Part shown: positions 1 through 9,283 of the stretch, piece after piece
How positions within the stretch are numbered: position 1 is the first letter of the stretch
Layout of the letters: every line of letters starts with the position of its first letter
Assembly (NCBI GenBank): GCA_017609605.1
Contig: JAFCDO010000002.1
Location: 9,369 to 73,368 of the forward strand
Origin: Candidatus Parvarchaeota archaeon
GTDB lineage: Archaea; Nanobdellota; Nanobdellia; JAAOXT01
Reading direction: 5' to 3'
Length of the DNA: 64,000 nt
Translations under genes and position numbers: made by a program
The notes under the pieces: model-generated
Database searches by the model: none
What the model saw: the letters and a program-made list of their open reading frames with translations, nothing else
Told to the model about the DNA's origin: nothing

Positions 1-441
1 CGTTGTGCTATCAGATTTTTTGAATGGCGTCATGTGGACGTGCATGCCCGCGTTAAGATAGTACTTTTCTGGTTTATTTCTCCAAGCAGGTTCCATCGGG
101 TACCATCCTGTCGAGGTTGCCTTAAAGTCAGAGCTGTACTCGGACATTAGACTAGCGAGTGAGGAGCACATGAGCCAAGAGTCGTAAAGCCCTGAAAGCG
201 TGGATACTGGTGAGGATAGTTCAAGCTTAAAATGTCTGCTCCTATCATCATTTAATGGAGACACGTCCGTGTTTATTATGAATCCTGCGTTGTTTAAACT
301 CGTTAAGAACTTGTCAGAACTAAGCTTAAAATAAGTAATGCCAAGGTCTTCGAACAAATGCTCGTCAATGATGTTTTCAGCTTCCGCAGGTCTCATCGAC
401 TTGCCGTGCACTGGAAACTCTATTTCCACCCCTGTTATCAT
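1..441 (-). CDS. COOH-NH2 ligase (amidoligase / glutamate-cysteine ligase-like) protein, 3' truncated by the window edge
   Basis: Absent from the ORF track. Manual translation from ATG 441 is open to base 1: MITGVEIEFP...KLELSSPV...NAGMHVHM. GxExE, ExxSP and GxHVH are the GS/GCS-fold metal and ATP motifs. Confidence 0.7.
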   Translation of the reverse strand, partial: MITGVEIEFPVHGKSMRPAEAENIIDEHLFEDLGITYFKLSSDKFLTSLNNAGFIINTDVSPLNDDRSRHFKLELSSPVSTLSGLYDSWLMCSSLASLMSEYSSDFKATSTGWYPMEPAWRNKPEKYYLNAGMHVHMTPFKKSDSTT

Positions 442-492
442 TCAATTCAAGAAAAAAAGCTTGGACGTTTTAATGTCTTGTGTTATATCTTC

Positions 493-1632
493 TCACATTG
501 CCAAGTATTTTTTTTTCTCCCAGTCAGTGATGTGCGTAGCGTATTCCTCCCACTCTTCATATTTTAGTTTCAGGTACGTTTCAACGAATTCTTCCCTCAA
601 ACCTTTCTTAATCACTTCATCGCAACCCAAGTTTTTCAACGCGTCTTTGAGCCTGGTTGGCAGTTTTCCTTTCGCTTCACCTGCTGAACCGTTTTCAACC
701 CCATGCATTCCCGCGATTACCATTCCTGCAAGCACTAAGTAAGGGTTTGACAGCGCGTCCGGCGCCCTGAACTCTATCCTAGCACCTCCCTCTGAATCAT
801 GGGCGGGAATTCTTATGATACTTGTCCGGTCCCTGTAACCCCATTTTATTTCAGATGGCGCTTCAAAACCCGGCCTAAGCCTTTTGTACGAGTTGATAGT
901 AGGATTTGTTAACGCGCATAACGCGCCCGCGCGTGATAGTAGACCGTTCACGAATTTTTTTCCGAAATCTGGCAGCCCGTTTGGCGAGTAAAAAAGGTTC
1001 TTTTCTTTATTCCATACAGATATGTGGCAGTGCATGCCACTCCCATTAATTCCTTTGAAAGGTTTTGGCATGAAGTTAGCTTCAAAACCTTTTTCTGCAC
1101 AAACTCTTTTGATTATCATTTTAGTCGCAACGACGTTGTCAGCCGTGGTGAGCGCTTCGGAGTGCATAAAATTTATTTCGTGCTGAGAACTCGCGACCTC
1201 GTGATGAGTTACAGTTGGAGTGATGCCTGCCGAAATCATTCTGCGACAAATCTCTTTTCTTAACTCTTTGAACTCGAAGTCGTCGCTGAAATACCCTGTC
1301 TCATCAATGAGTTCTCCTTTCTTGGTTATGAAGAACTCTATTTCTGCTCCAATCTCGAATCTGAATTCTTTATACTTGGCTAGAACTTTTTTTAAGATGC
1401 TTCTCGGGCAGGAATGGAATTCTTTTTTATCATGGGTTAAGACGTCGCATATCACTATGTTGTTTCCGTTAATCGTAAACTCTTTTTCCGGTTTGAGGTA
1501 AAGGTCACTGTCTTCTGTTGCCCTGAAACCTTTTATCGAAGAACCGTCAATGAACGCGCCGCCTTTTGAATAGTACGTGGCAGTTTTAATCTCTCCAAGA
1601 GGTGTTGTGAAAACATAATCAATTTCTTGCAT
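493..1632 (-). CDS. glnA: Glutamine synthetase type I family protein (short, 379 aa)
   Basis: DGSSIKGF, GAEIEFF, HHEVASSQHEI, FMPKPFKGINGSGMHCH, NSYKRL, RIEFRAPD. Confidence 0.9.
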   Translation of the reverse strand: MQEIDYVFTTPLGEIKTATYYSKGGAFIDGSSIKGFRATEDSDLYLKPEKEFTINGNNIVICDVLTHDKKEFHSCPRSILKKVLAKYKEFRFEIGAEIEFFITKKGELIDETGYFSDDFEFKELRKEICRRMISAGITPTVTHHEVASSQHEINFMHSEALTTADNVVATKMIIKRVCAEKGFEANFMPKPFKGINGSGMHCHISVWNKEKNLFYSPNGLPDFGKKFVNGLLSRAGALCALTNPTINSYKRLRPGFEAPSEIKWGYRDRTSIIRIPAHDSEGGARIEFRAPDALSNPYLVLAGMVIAGMHGVENGSAGEAKGKLPTRLKDALKNLGCDEVIKKGLREEFVETYLKLKYEEWEEYATHITDWEKKKYLAM

Positions 1633-1741
1633 TCCAAAAAGATGAATGAACAGTCTTAAAAACTTAGTCCCACAAAACTTGAAAAAACATGCTAAAAACT
1701 TGAAGAAAACGTTTAAATATGGAAAACCTTTCCAAAAAGTT

Positions 1742-2200
1742 ATGGATTCGAAAGATGTTAAGATTTTAAAAGAGTTGCAGGCGAACGCTCGAATGAGTGT
1801 CAGTCAAATTGCCAAAAAGACTTTGATACCTATAACTACTGTGCATAACCGCATTAAAAAGTTTGATAGGGAGGGTTGGGTTAAAGCGTACAAAACCGTT
1901 TTGGACCCGAAAGCCTTTGATAAAGATTTATTCGCTTTCATTCTTGTCTCGACAACGTATAATTTTAAGGGGAAGAAGCTTTCCCAAGAAAGCTTTTGCA
2001 GACGCATGTCATCGTTCCCGTTTGTCCAAGAAGTTCACGTGATTAGCGGGGAATGGGATGTCATGCTTAAACTAAAAGTAAGGGGCATGGAAGAGCTTAA
2101 CGATTTCATTACTAAGGACTTACGCCCCATGCAGGAAGTCGTTCACACTAGGAGCATTTTTGTGATGGATTCGTTTAAGGAAACAACAGATTTGCTCTAA
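1742..2200 (+). CDS. Lrp/AsnC family transcriptional regulator
   Basis: MDSKDVKILKELQANAR HTH and an AsnC RAM domain (VHVISGEWD). Start moved to ATG 1742. Confidence 0.9.
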   Translation: MDSKDVKILKELQANARMSVSQIAKKTLIPITTVHNRIKKFDREGWVKAYKTVLDPKAFDKDLFAFILVSTTYNFKGKKLSQESFCRRMSSFPFVQEVHVISGEWDVMLKLKVRGMEELNDFITKDLRPMQEVVHTRSIFVMDSFKETTDLL

Positions 2201-2496
2201 TCATTTTTTTCATCAAGAGCGTTGGGGTCGAATTCTCTTTTTATAACATATATCGTGGCAGCTATCAATCCTGCGGAACCTAAAACCATTAGAGGGAAGT
2301 AACTTGTTTCAGGAATGCTTTCGCTTAACACTATTAGCGCTGAACCAGTTAAATTCAAACTCACTCGCTTATTATACCCTATTCTTTCTTTAATCCAACT
2401 TAAGCACGCGCAAGCTTTTCCCACTTGGTTTTTACTGAAAACATCGTCAATTGACCCCATCAATACAAAAAGGGAGAGAATGCTTGTTTTAAACAT
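2197..2496 (-). CDS. Small hypothetical membrane protein
   Basis: Hydrophobic segments; overlaps the cbf5 stop; start uncertain. Confidence 0.45.
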   Translation of the reverse strand: MFKTSILSLFVLMGSIDDVFSKNQVGKACACLSWIKERIGYNKRVSLNLTGSALIVLSESIPETSYFPLMVLGSAGLIAATIYVIKREFDPNALDEKND

Positions 2497-3472
2497 GTCG
2501 TTTTACGCGCTTAGGATAAGGACATTTCTTCATTATTACAGTGTTAACTTTTAGCACGGGTTTTTTTCTGGCTTCAAGAAGTTCTTCTCCGTCCACTAGC
2601 AAGGTTCCAAAACCTATCAACTCGTTTTTTAAGGTGAGAAGCATGACTTTATCATCTTTTTTCAGCCCTTTATCCATTTTTGATGCTCCGGACGTCCAAA
2701 GTCTAGAACCATTGCACAAAGAGTTTACCGTGAAGTCTGAAACCCAGATTTTTGGCGTGAACAACAACGCTCTTTCAATGGGTTGCACGCACTTCTTCAA
2801 AAGCTTTTCATCTCCCAGCGCGACCGCGTCAGAGAGTTCTTGCAGACTGACACAGCTATCCTCATGAATGACTCCTACTTTGGTTCTGCGAAGCTCAAGC
2901 ATGTGTGCTCTCACACCCATTTTTTTTCCGATGTCGTCGCATAGTTTTCTGATGTAAGTGCCTGCTTCGCACCCAACTAAGAACAGTACTTCTTGTCCCT
3001 TGATTTCGAGGATTTGGATGTAATGGATTGTTCTTTCTCGCTCCACGCGCTTGACCGCGGACCTGACAGGTGGTTTTTGAATGATTTTTCCCACGAAGGA
3101 TTTCATCGCTTTCCTGATTTTTTGTTCTGGGAATTGTTCGTGGATTTTCATGAGGCAAACGTATTCTTTGCCCGCTTTCAACAGGTAGGAAAGGGCTCGG
3201 GTAGCGTTGTTCAAAGCGACTGGTAGCGCGCCAGTGACTTTTGGGTCGAGTGTGCCAGAGTGCCCTGCTTTCCAGGCACCAACAATTTTTTTTACGAGTT
3301 CCGATATTTTGTGGCTGTGAGGTCCTGATGGTTTGTCCACGTTTACGAAACCGTATTCCAGCCAATTGGTCATATCTCGTTTTTCTGGTTGGCAACCCCA
3401 TTCCGGGTTAGATTCTTCTTTTTTCAGGATTAGAATTTTTCTTTTGATTTTTTCTGAAGGGAGCAAACTCAT
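2489..3472 (-). CDS. cbf5: H/ACA RNA-guided pseudouridine synthase Cbf5
   Basis: DKPSGPHSH, GHSGTLDP, GTYIRKLC, C-terminal PUA domain. Confidence 0.95.
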   Translation of the reverse strand: MSLLPSEKIKRKILILKKEESNPEWGCQPEKRDMTNWLEYGFVNVDKPSGPHSHKISELVKKIVGAWKAGHSGTLDPKVTGALPVALNNATRALSYLLKAGKEYVCLMKIHEQFPEQKIRKAMKSFVGKIIQKPPVRSAVKRVERERTIHYIQILEIKGQEVLFLVGCEAGTYIRKLCDDIGKKMGVRAHMLELRRTKVGVIHEDSCVSLQELSDAVALGDEKLLKKCVQPIERALLFTPKIWVSDFTVNSLCNGSRLWTSGASKMDKGLKKDDKVMLLTLKNELIGFGTLLVDGEELLEARKKPVLKVNTVIMKKCPYPKRVKRHV

Positions 3473-3520
3473 TTTCTTTTTAATTGTTAATTGAGGAATA
3501 ATATTTTAAGTTTGCTATTG

Positions 3521-3901
3521 TTAATATGGTTCCGCTAAACTCATTTCTTCAAGAAGAAGAATGCCTTTGCTTTTGACCCCGTTTTTGCGAGCTTCAATCA
3601 CGTCATCCATCGCTGCGACAAAGATTTTTCCTTCGGAAGGATTTCTTTCTCTGTTGGATAAATGCCATTTGACGTAGTCAGCAAAGGAAGGGATTCTCGC
3701 CACCCAGATACCCCATTCTTTATGATGCTTCCACTCATCTTGAGAATATTGAACCACGGGGGTTCCGTTAAGTCCTGTTGATTTTAAATCTTCTGTAACA
3801 ACTTTCCAGCCTATTGGATAGGTTAAGCCATCAACTTTTTGCTGATAAACTTTCCAGCCATTAACCTTCTTGAAATCATATTCTCTTAGGTCCACTCCCA
3901 T
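3521..3901 (-). CDS. Hypothetical protein
   Basis: 126-aa ATG ORF filling the gap between rpl14e and cbf5. Confidence 0.65.
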   Translation of the reverse strand: MGVDLREYDFKKVNGWKVYQQKVDGLTYPIGWKVVTEDLKSTGLNGTPVVQYSQDEWKHHKEWGIWVARIPSFADYVKWHLSNRERNPSEGKIFVAAMDDVIEARKNGVKSKGILLLEEMSLAEPY

Positions 3902-3964
3902 ACTTTAAGAGGATTTTTTTTATGTTTAAAACTTTTTTGGATTATAAGAAGATAGAACTTTACT

Positions 3965-4435
3965 TTATTTCTTCTTTGTTTTTGCGGGTTTCTTAACAGG
4001 TTTCTTCTTTTCAACTTTTTTCTTAGGCGCTGTTTTCTTTTTAGTTACAGCTTTCTTTTTTACTTCTTTCTTTTTAACCGCTTTTTTTGGTTTCGTTTTG
4101 TTTTCTTTTTGTTTTGCAGCCCTGGCTCGTCTTTCCAATTTTTTCTTTTTCACAGGTTTAGGTCCCTTAGGCTTGTCTTTTGAAGTCATTCTCGCTTTGT
4201 GTTCCTTGTCAGTGATGAGTTCGGCTTGTTTCATTGCTTCAAGAACGGTTTCTGTTTTGGCTTTATTGCTTATTTTTAGAGCGTTGGGTGTTGGTTGTAA
4301 GTGCGCTTTGTTGCACTTTCTTCTTCGGGTCAGCCCGTCAATCATGACAAAACTGCTATCTAATTCTTCGATTATCAGGCACAGCAGTCCTTTTTCCCTG
4401 CCCATGGTTTTAACACAAACTCTTCCAACTTTCAT
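3965..4435 (-). CDS. rpl14e: 50S ribosomal protein L14e with long Lys-rich tail
   Basis: VGRVCVKTMGREKG KOW motif, RRKCNKAHLQPT; upstream of cbf5. Confidence 0.92.
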   Translation of the reverse strand: MKVGRVCVKTMGREKGLLCLIIEELDSSFVMIDGLTRRRKCNKAHLQPTPNALKISNKAKTETVLEAMKQAELITDKEHKARMTSKDKPKGPKPVKKKKLERRARAAKQKENKTKPKKAVKKKEVKKKAVTKKKTAPKKKVEKKKPVKKPAKTKKK

Positions 4436-4527
4436 TATTCCTCTTTCATTGTTTTATTGGTTTTATAAGTTTTTTGAACGGTTTTGAAAAAGTAAGTTTT
4501 ATAAGCGTGTTTTTTGACTTGTTTTTT

Positions 4528-4929
4528 ATGGTTTGTGAGAGGTGTGGGTGTTGTTGTGGGGATAATCATTTCTGGTCAAGAACTTTGCTTAAAGGCTTCA
4601 AAGAGCGTCCTGAGTTGAAAGAGTATGTTTTAAGCATTTTTCCGCAGGTCAGGGAAGAGGTTGATTTCGCGCTCGAAAACATTGAAAGTTATGATTATTG
4701 GGGTATTGTTCCTGAACCCGCAAGGCCTGTTAAGTCAAAATTGCTTGAGTTAATGCCTGATTCAGACATTCATGATTTTGGTAAGCACTGCGTTTTCCTA
4801 ACTTTTAAAGATGGTTTGGCTAACTGTTTGATTCATCCGTCAGTCATTGAGGAAAAACTGGGTTTTTCTTATGACCTTAGAGGTGGGGAGTGTAGGGTAG
4901 GGGGTTGTTTTAAGGGAAGGAGTCCTTAG
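4528..4929 (+). CDS. YkgJ-like CxxCxxCC cysteine-cluster protein
   Basis: MVCERCGCCC...CVFL...CLIHP...C; start moved to ATG 4528. Confidence 0.7.
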   Translation: MVCERCGCCCGDNHFWSRTLLKGFKERPELKEYVLSIFPQVREEVDFALENIESYDYWGIVPEPARPVKSKLLELMPDSDIHDFGKHCVFLTFKDGLANCLIHPSVIEEKLGFSYDLRGGECRVGGCFKGRSP

Positions 4930-4975
4930 ATTACGATAAAGTTTTTATAACATTGAGCAATTACTTACGGTCATA

Positions 4976-5296
4976 ATGAACCCTCAAAACGGTCCAAAAA
5001 AAGAGAGTCCCTTTCAAATGCTTGTAAACGAAGCAATCAATAACGTTAGCAAGTCTCCATTAAAGCCGGAGGCTGAAAAATCTTTTGGGAGTCCTAGACC
5101 CGCGATTAGGCCTGGCAGGGAGTTAGCGGTTCCTGTTGAAAAGAATAGTTTGGGTAATCCTCCCAGTATTCACGAGCTCGCTGAGGCCCGTGCGGCTAAG
5201 AATTCTTCTCAAGAGGGCGTGGATAAGGTTTCCAGAATTATTGATGAAGAGATTGAAAAGTTTAAGCAGAACGTTATGAAGCGTTTGAAAGAATAA
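4976..5296 (+). CDS. Hypothetical protein
   Basis: 106-aa ATG ORF with upstream TATA-like tttttata. Confidence 0.6.
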   Translation: MNPQNGPKKESPFQMLVNEAINNVSKSPLKPEAEKSFGSPRPAIRPGRELAVPVEKNSLGNPPSIHELAEARAAKNSSQEGVDKVSRIIDEEIEKFKQNVMKRLKE

Positions 5297-5355
5297 AATT
5301 TTTACATAAACCCAATTCTAAATTTTACGTAGCTGTAAGCCTGTCTTGACTATGC

Positions 5356-5619
5356 TCATGCATTTATTCCGTGTAAATAAAGATTTTTTTGGGCGCAAAC
5401 AACTTTTGTTTTCATTGCCAGACTTATTTCTTTGCACGCGTATGATTCAACGCTTATTCCTTGTAATTGAATTTCTTCTGTTTCCTCGGTTATTTCCGCT
5501 TTGTTGTAAATTATTTTTCCGTCGAAATTTTTGCAAATAGAACAAATCCCAAATTTTTTAATCAAACTATCTAAATTTTCTTTTGAAAGTTTTCCAACGA
5601 GTATTTCGATATCGTTCAT
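5356..5619 (-). CDS. Small four-cysteine protein (paralog of 5709-5957)
   Basis: LIKKFGICSICKN...YAC...KVVC. Confidence 0.6.
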   Translation of the reverse strand: MNDIEILVGKLSKENLDSLIKKFGICSICKNFDGKIIYNKAEITEETEEIQLQGISVESYACKEISLAMKTKVVCAQKNLYLHGINA

Positions 5620-5708
5620 CTTTTTTTTCCACCTAACAAAGGAAATTAATCCTTGTTTTTTAAATCATTCGTTTATAACTGATATCGCTTCAGTCGATTT
5701 TCTTCTGA

Positions 5709-5957
5709 TTACAGGATTAAATCTTTTTTATAAAACTCTATTATGGATATGTATCCTTTGCAAACTTTCTTTTTTTCAATCACCAAATATTTAGTACTGC
5801 ATTTCCATTCATCTTTGTCCGGAACAGTTCTGGCGCTGTTGTTCATGCATTCAATGCATATTCCATACTTTTTCACCAGTTCTTCTAATGAAGAAATGCT
5901 ATAAAGCCCCAGCTTAATCTCTATCAAATCCAGTTCTAAGTCAAATGAATCGTACAC
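5709..5957 (-). CDS. Small four-cysteine protein (paralog of 5356-5619)
   Basis: LVKKYGICIECMN...WKC...KKVC; GTG start. Confidence 0.6.
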   Translation of the reverse strand: MYDSFDLELDLIEIKLGLYSISSLEELVKKYGICIECMNNSARTVPDKDEWKCSTKYLVIEKKKVCKGYISIIEFYKKDLIL

Positions 5958-6019
5958 GTTTTAACCCCTTTATCGTTACAGAAAAAATGGAGGGAAGCTT
6001 TTTTTTTAAGGATTATTGT

Positions 6020-6580
6020 TCAAAGGTCGTAGAATTCTCTGATGTCAGAGGTCAGGCATTCTGTTTTTCCTTTTGATAAGTTAGCCTGCGTGGCGCCCAT
6101 AAGGTCTTCTAAGGACATTTTTTCCGTGAATTCTTCGAAATCTGATACGAGGTCAAGAACAGGGGCTTCCTTCCCTTTAATCATAACATTATTTATGAAA
6201 TTCCAGGAAACGCGGTCGTTCGTGCTCGCGATGTCTGTTTCACTCGTTAATACCTTGACTCCACTTCCTATTACTCTTCTCCTGTAGAATGTCCCTAAAT
6301 TAAATCCTAATTCTTCTTCTTCGGGACTTATTCTTAAATGATAGTTGAACGGAGGGTTGAAACCTTTTCCGAGTTCAGGAGTTGCAACCACTTGTTGGAA
6401 GTCAGTTACATAATTTCCTTGAGGTAATTGCTTTCCGGAAAAACTGTCCTCGTCGTTTGCAATGCCTCGAATCCATGCTTTGAAAGCTTCGTGAAACATG
6501 GGTGTTAGAACGTTTTTTCTTTTACCTGTTAGTTCTTGGTGGAATTTTGACAGGATTGTTGGCGTGTAAGTAACTTCCAT
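6020..6580 (-). CDS. Hypothetical protein
   Basis: 186-aa ATG ORF, no recognised motif. Confidence 0.65.
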   Translation of the reverse strand: MEVTYTPTILSKFHQELTGKRKNVLTPMFHEAFKAWIRGIANDEDSFSGKQLPQGNYVTDFQQVVATPELGKGFNPPFNYHLRISPEEEELGFNLGTFYRRRVIGSGVKVLTSETDIASTNDRVSWNFINNVMIKGKEAPVLDLVSDFEEFTEKMSLEDLMGATQANLSKGKTECLTSDIREFYDL

Positions 6581-6631
6581 ACATTTTTTTGGGAAACCTC
6601 TTGTTATTAAAAGTGTTTCGTTTTTGGTTTT

Positions 6632-7054
6632 CTACAGTTCTGTGCCCACAATTTTTTTGATTAACGGGTTGAGAACTGTTGAGAATATGATGTACGTGAG
6701 GAACCATCCCACGTCGTTCCCGATTACGGGCAGTGTCCAGGGTAATTGCACGAGTATGAATCCCATGAAATAATTTTTCATTACAGGAAACAAGACTATG
6801 AATGTTAGCATGGAAACCATCATTGGTTTCGTGGTCTGCTTCATCTTCTTCATTGACAGGTTCATTATCTCTGATTGAATGTTGTTCAATTTCTTGAGGT
6901 CCTTAGTGTTCTTGCTCGCTTTCTGCAATTCTTTGACCTGCTTGTTAATTTTTTTTATCAGGTCTTGGTCAGTGAACTTTTTGTAAATGATTTGAATGAT
7001 GATGTTGGCTAGTAGTGCGAACCCAAAGATTCCTAAAAGAGTTGTGTAATCCAT
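6632..7054 (-). CDS. EMC3/TMCO1/DUF106 family membrane insertase
   Basis: TM - coiled coil - KPMMVS - GWFLTYI pattern, directly downstream of secY. Confidence 0.88.
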   Translation of the reverse strand: MDYTTLLGIFGFALLANIIIQIIYKKFTDQDLIKKINKQVKELQKASKNTKDLKKLNNIQSEIMNLSMKKMKQTTKPMMVSMLTFIVLFPVMKNYFMGFILVQLPWTLPVIGNDVGWFLTYIIFSTVLNPLIKKIVGTEL

Positions 7055-7068
7055 TTTTTTTTTCTTTA

Positions 7069-8472
7069 TTATTTTTTGAATATTCTTCTCACGAGAGGCG
7101 GTAAGTCTTTGCCATGATCTCTTTCAATGATTTGGTAGAACTGATATAAAATCATAACTGTCAATAGTATACCCGTTCCCCTGGATAAGGCGCCGAACAG
7201 GTCTGCAATGACCGCGATTGCGCCAACGCTCACCCCTCCCATAATGCTTAACGGCACTATGTAACGGTTCAGCATTCTTTCAATAATTCTTTTGTCCCTG
7301 CGAAAACCTGGTATGAACAGGTTGCTACTCATTATCTGGTCCGCCACGCTTCCCGCGTCCTGGCCTCCAACGTTAATCCATAAGTAAGAGAACAGTCCTG
7401 AACCAATTATCATAAACGTGGCGTAAACAAGTATTGATAAAGCATAATCTTGAGTCCAGCCAGTGAGCACTATTTGCCGAATGGTTGGGGGGTTAAGGTA
7501 TTTGACTAAACCGCTTGTGGGCACTTCTTGAACGCCTCCTCCAACGTTTGTTTTTTCAAAAGTCCCTAAAACGGGGATGCCCATGTGGTACAGAGATAAA
7601 CCCCAGAACTGCATGCTGGCGATCATGGCTGCCACGAGGATTACCGGGATGTTGCTCGTGTAAACAAAGCTTAGAGGCCACCTCATGCTATAACCCCTAA
7701 CCCTGCCAAACGTCAACGGTATTTCTACGCGGATGGCTTGCATGTACACGGCTATAACGAAAACTATTACTGTTGCGGCCAGCGTGATTATAGGCCACAT
7801 CGCGTTTTGAGGCAGTCCTTGCAAGACCAGAGCGAATATTTGTGGTACCAGTCCTATGGGTAGTGAAGGATTGATGGGGGATGGTAGCGGGTTGAGCGCG
7901 CTCACAAATATTTGCCTGCTAACCCCTGCTGCAATGAACAAAGAGATTCCTGAACCTATGCCCCATTTTGACACGACTTCATCTAAGAACAGGAGCAGCA
8001 GTCCACCTATGACTAGTTGTAAAACCATTATTAACATGTTAACGCCTGTGAAAGTTGCTGGTGGCAGTGCCCCGCTGACAGCGTAAATAGCGTTTTCAAA
8101 AACTATGAACACGATGGACATCATTTTTTGCACGCCTTGGTAAAGTTTTTTCCCTTCTACAGTGTTGGTATCGATTTTGATAATGTCCGCTCCCATCAGT
8201 AATTGCAGTATGATGCTTGCAGTCACTATTGGCCCTATTCCTAGTGAAATGATTGAGCCGAACTGTGCTGCCAGAAGAACGCTTATTGACTCGAACTTGG
8301 CTTGGTATGTTGGGTCCAGCCCGTACAGAGGTATTAAGGATAACAGATAGTATAATACTAGTATTACACCCGTCCACTTGAGTTTTTCCATGAAATCAAG
8401 TTTTCTTTTTGGTGAAGTTACTTCCGGCAGGTTGTAGAGTATGTCTTTATAACCCATTTTTGGTTTCTTCAA
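7069..8472 (-). CDS. secY: Preprotein translocase subunit SecY
   Basis: LGIGPIVTASIILQLL, KWGIGSGISLFIAAG, YTSNIPVIL, IPGFRRD, GTGILLTV. Confidence 0.98.
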   Translation of the reverse strand: MKKPKMGYKDILYNLPEVTSPKRKLDFMEKLKWTGVILVLYYLLSLIPLYGLDPTYQAKFESISVLLAAQFGSIISLGIGPIVTASIILQLLMGADIIKIDTNTVEGKKLYQGVQKMMSIVFIVFENAIYAVSGALPPATFTGVNMLIMVLQLVIGGLLLLFLDEVVSKWGIGSGISLFIAAGVSRQIFVSALNPLPSPINPSLPIGLVPQIFALVLQGLPQNAMWPIITLAATVIVFVIAVYMQAIRVEIPLTFGRVRGYSMRWPLSFVYTSNIPVILVAAMIASMQFWGLSLYHMGIPVLGTFEKTNVGGGVQEVPTSGLVKYLNPPTIRQIVLTGWTQDYALSILVYATFMIIGSGLFSYLWINVGGQDAGSVADQIMSSNLFIPGFRRDKRIIERMLNRYIVPLSIMGGVSVGAIAVIADLFGALSRGTGILLTVMILYQFYQIIERDHGKDLPPLVRRIFKK

Positions 8473-8867
8473 TTCTCTTGTTCTGTTTTTACAGTGCCAC
8501 CAGCTTTTATTATTTTTTGTTTAGCTGTTTCAGTGACGGCTCGAGCAGTCAGATTTATTTTTCTGTCCACCACTCCTTTGCCCAGCACTTTTTGGAATCC
8601 TAGTTTAGAAGCGTTTATTTTTTCGCTTTCCACTAACTTCAATAAGCTTCCAATGTTTACGCTGTTGGTTTTTGGTTTCACTGAGACGAAACCTCTTTTA
8701 CCTGGTTTCAGGCCTTGTTTTAGGAACATTTGTCTTCGGTGGCTTCTTCTTTTACCCCACCCCGCTTTTCCTCTTCCTCCACGGTTTCCAGCCCCTCTTG
8801 TCCTGTAACCGCTTCTTCTCCAGCAACCTTTTCTTTTGTGCGCTTTGCTTGTCTTATTAACAACCAT
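8469..8867 (-). CDS. rpl15: 50S ribosomal protein uL15
   Basis: RGAGNRGGRGKAG, KVLGKG, KIIKAGG; position before secY. Confidence 0.95.
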   Translation of the reverse strand: MVVNKTSKAHKRKGCWRRSGYRTRGAGNRGGRGKAGWGKRRSHRRQMFLKQGLKPGKRGFVSVKPKTNSVNIGSLLKLVESEKINASKLGFQKVLGKGVVDRKINLTARAVTETAKQKIIKAGGTVKTEQEN

Positions 8868-8869
8868 TT

Positions 8870-9283
8870 TTACAGCATTTTCTCCAATAATTTGTTGATG
8901 TTTTTGTGGAATCCTAAGGCTCCACCCCGCGTCGCGGGTTGTCTTATGCCTTTTCTCGGGAAGCCTCCTCTTGGGGGGTGAAGGTTGAAGACCGGTTTTT
9001 CGCCAACGTCTTTAAAACTTTTTTTATTTGATAAGAACTGTTTTGCAAATCCTGCAGAGTCCTTTAAAACTTTTTTTTCAATTAGTCTTGTCAGGATTGT
9101 TTCGTTGATTTCTCCCCACGCCACGAAGTCTTTTATCCTGTGGATTTGTCCTTTAGTGTGTTCGTTCCAATGCATGATCCTGCAAGCGTGTTTTTTGGTT
9201 AAGCCAAGTAGTTCCATGGCTTTTTTGGCTTTTGGGTTGACGTCTAATAGTCCTCGAACCCTTATTACCGCGACGTTTTTCAT
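8870..9283 (-). CDS. rpl30: 50S ribosomal protein uL30
   Basis: AVIRVRG, VAWGEI, FNLHPPRGGF; ATG 9283 overlaps the S5 stop. Confidence 0.95.
   Translation of the reverse strand: MKNVAVIRVRGLLDVNPKAKKAMELLGLTKKHACRIMHWNEHTKGQIHRIKDFVAWGEINETILTRLIEKKVLKDSAGFAKQFLSNKKSFKDVGEKPVFNLHPPRGGFPRKGIRQPATRGGALGFHKNINKLLEKML

Noticed and set aside
3521-3901. Faint resemblance to phage-type proteins with a KVV...Y...W...G pattern
   Set aside because: Too weak to support without a profile search.
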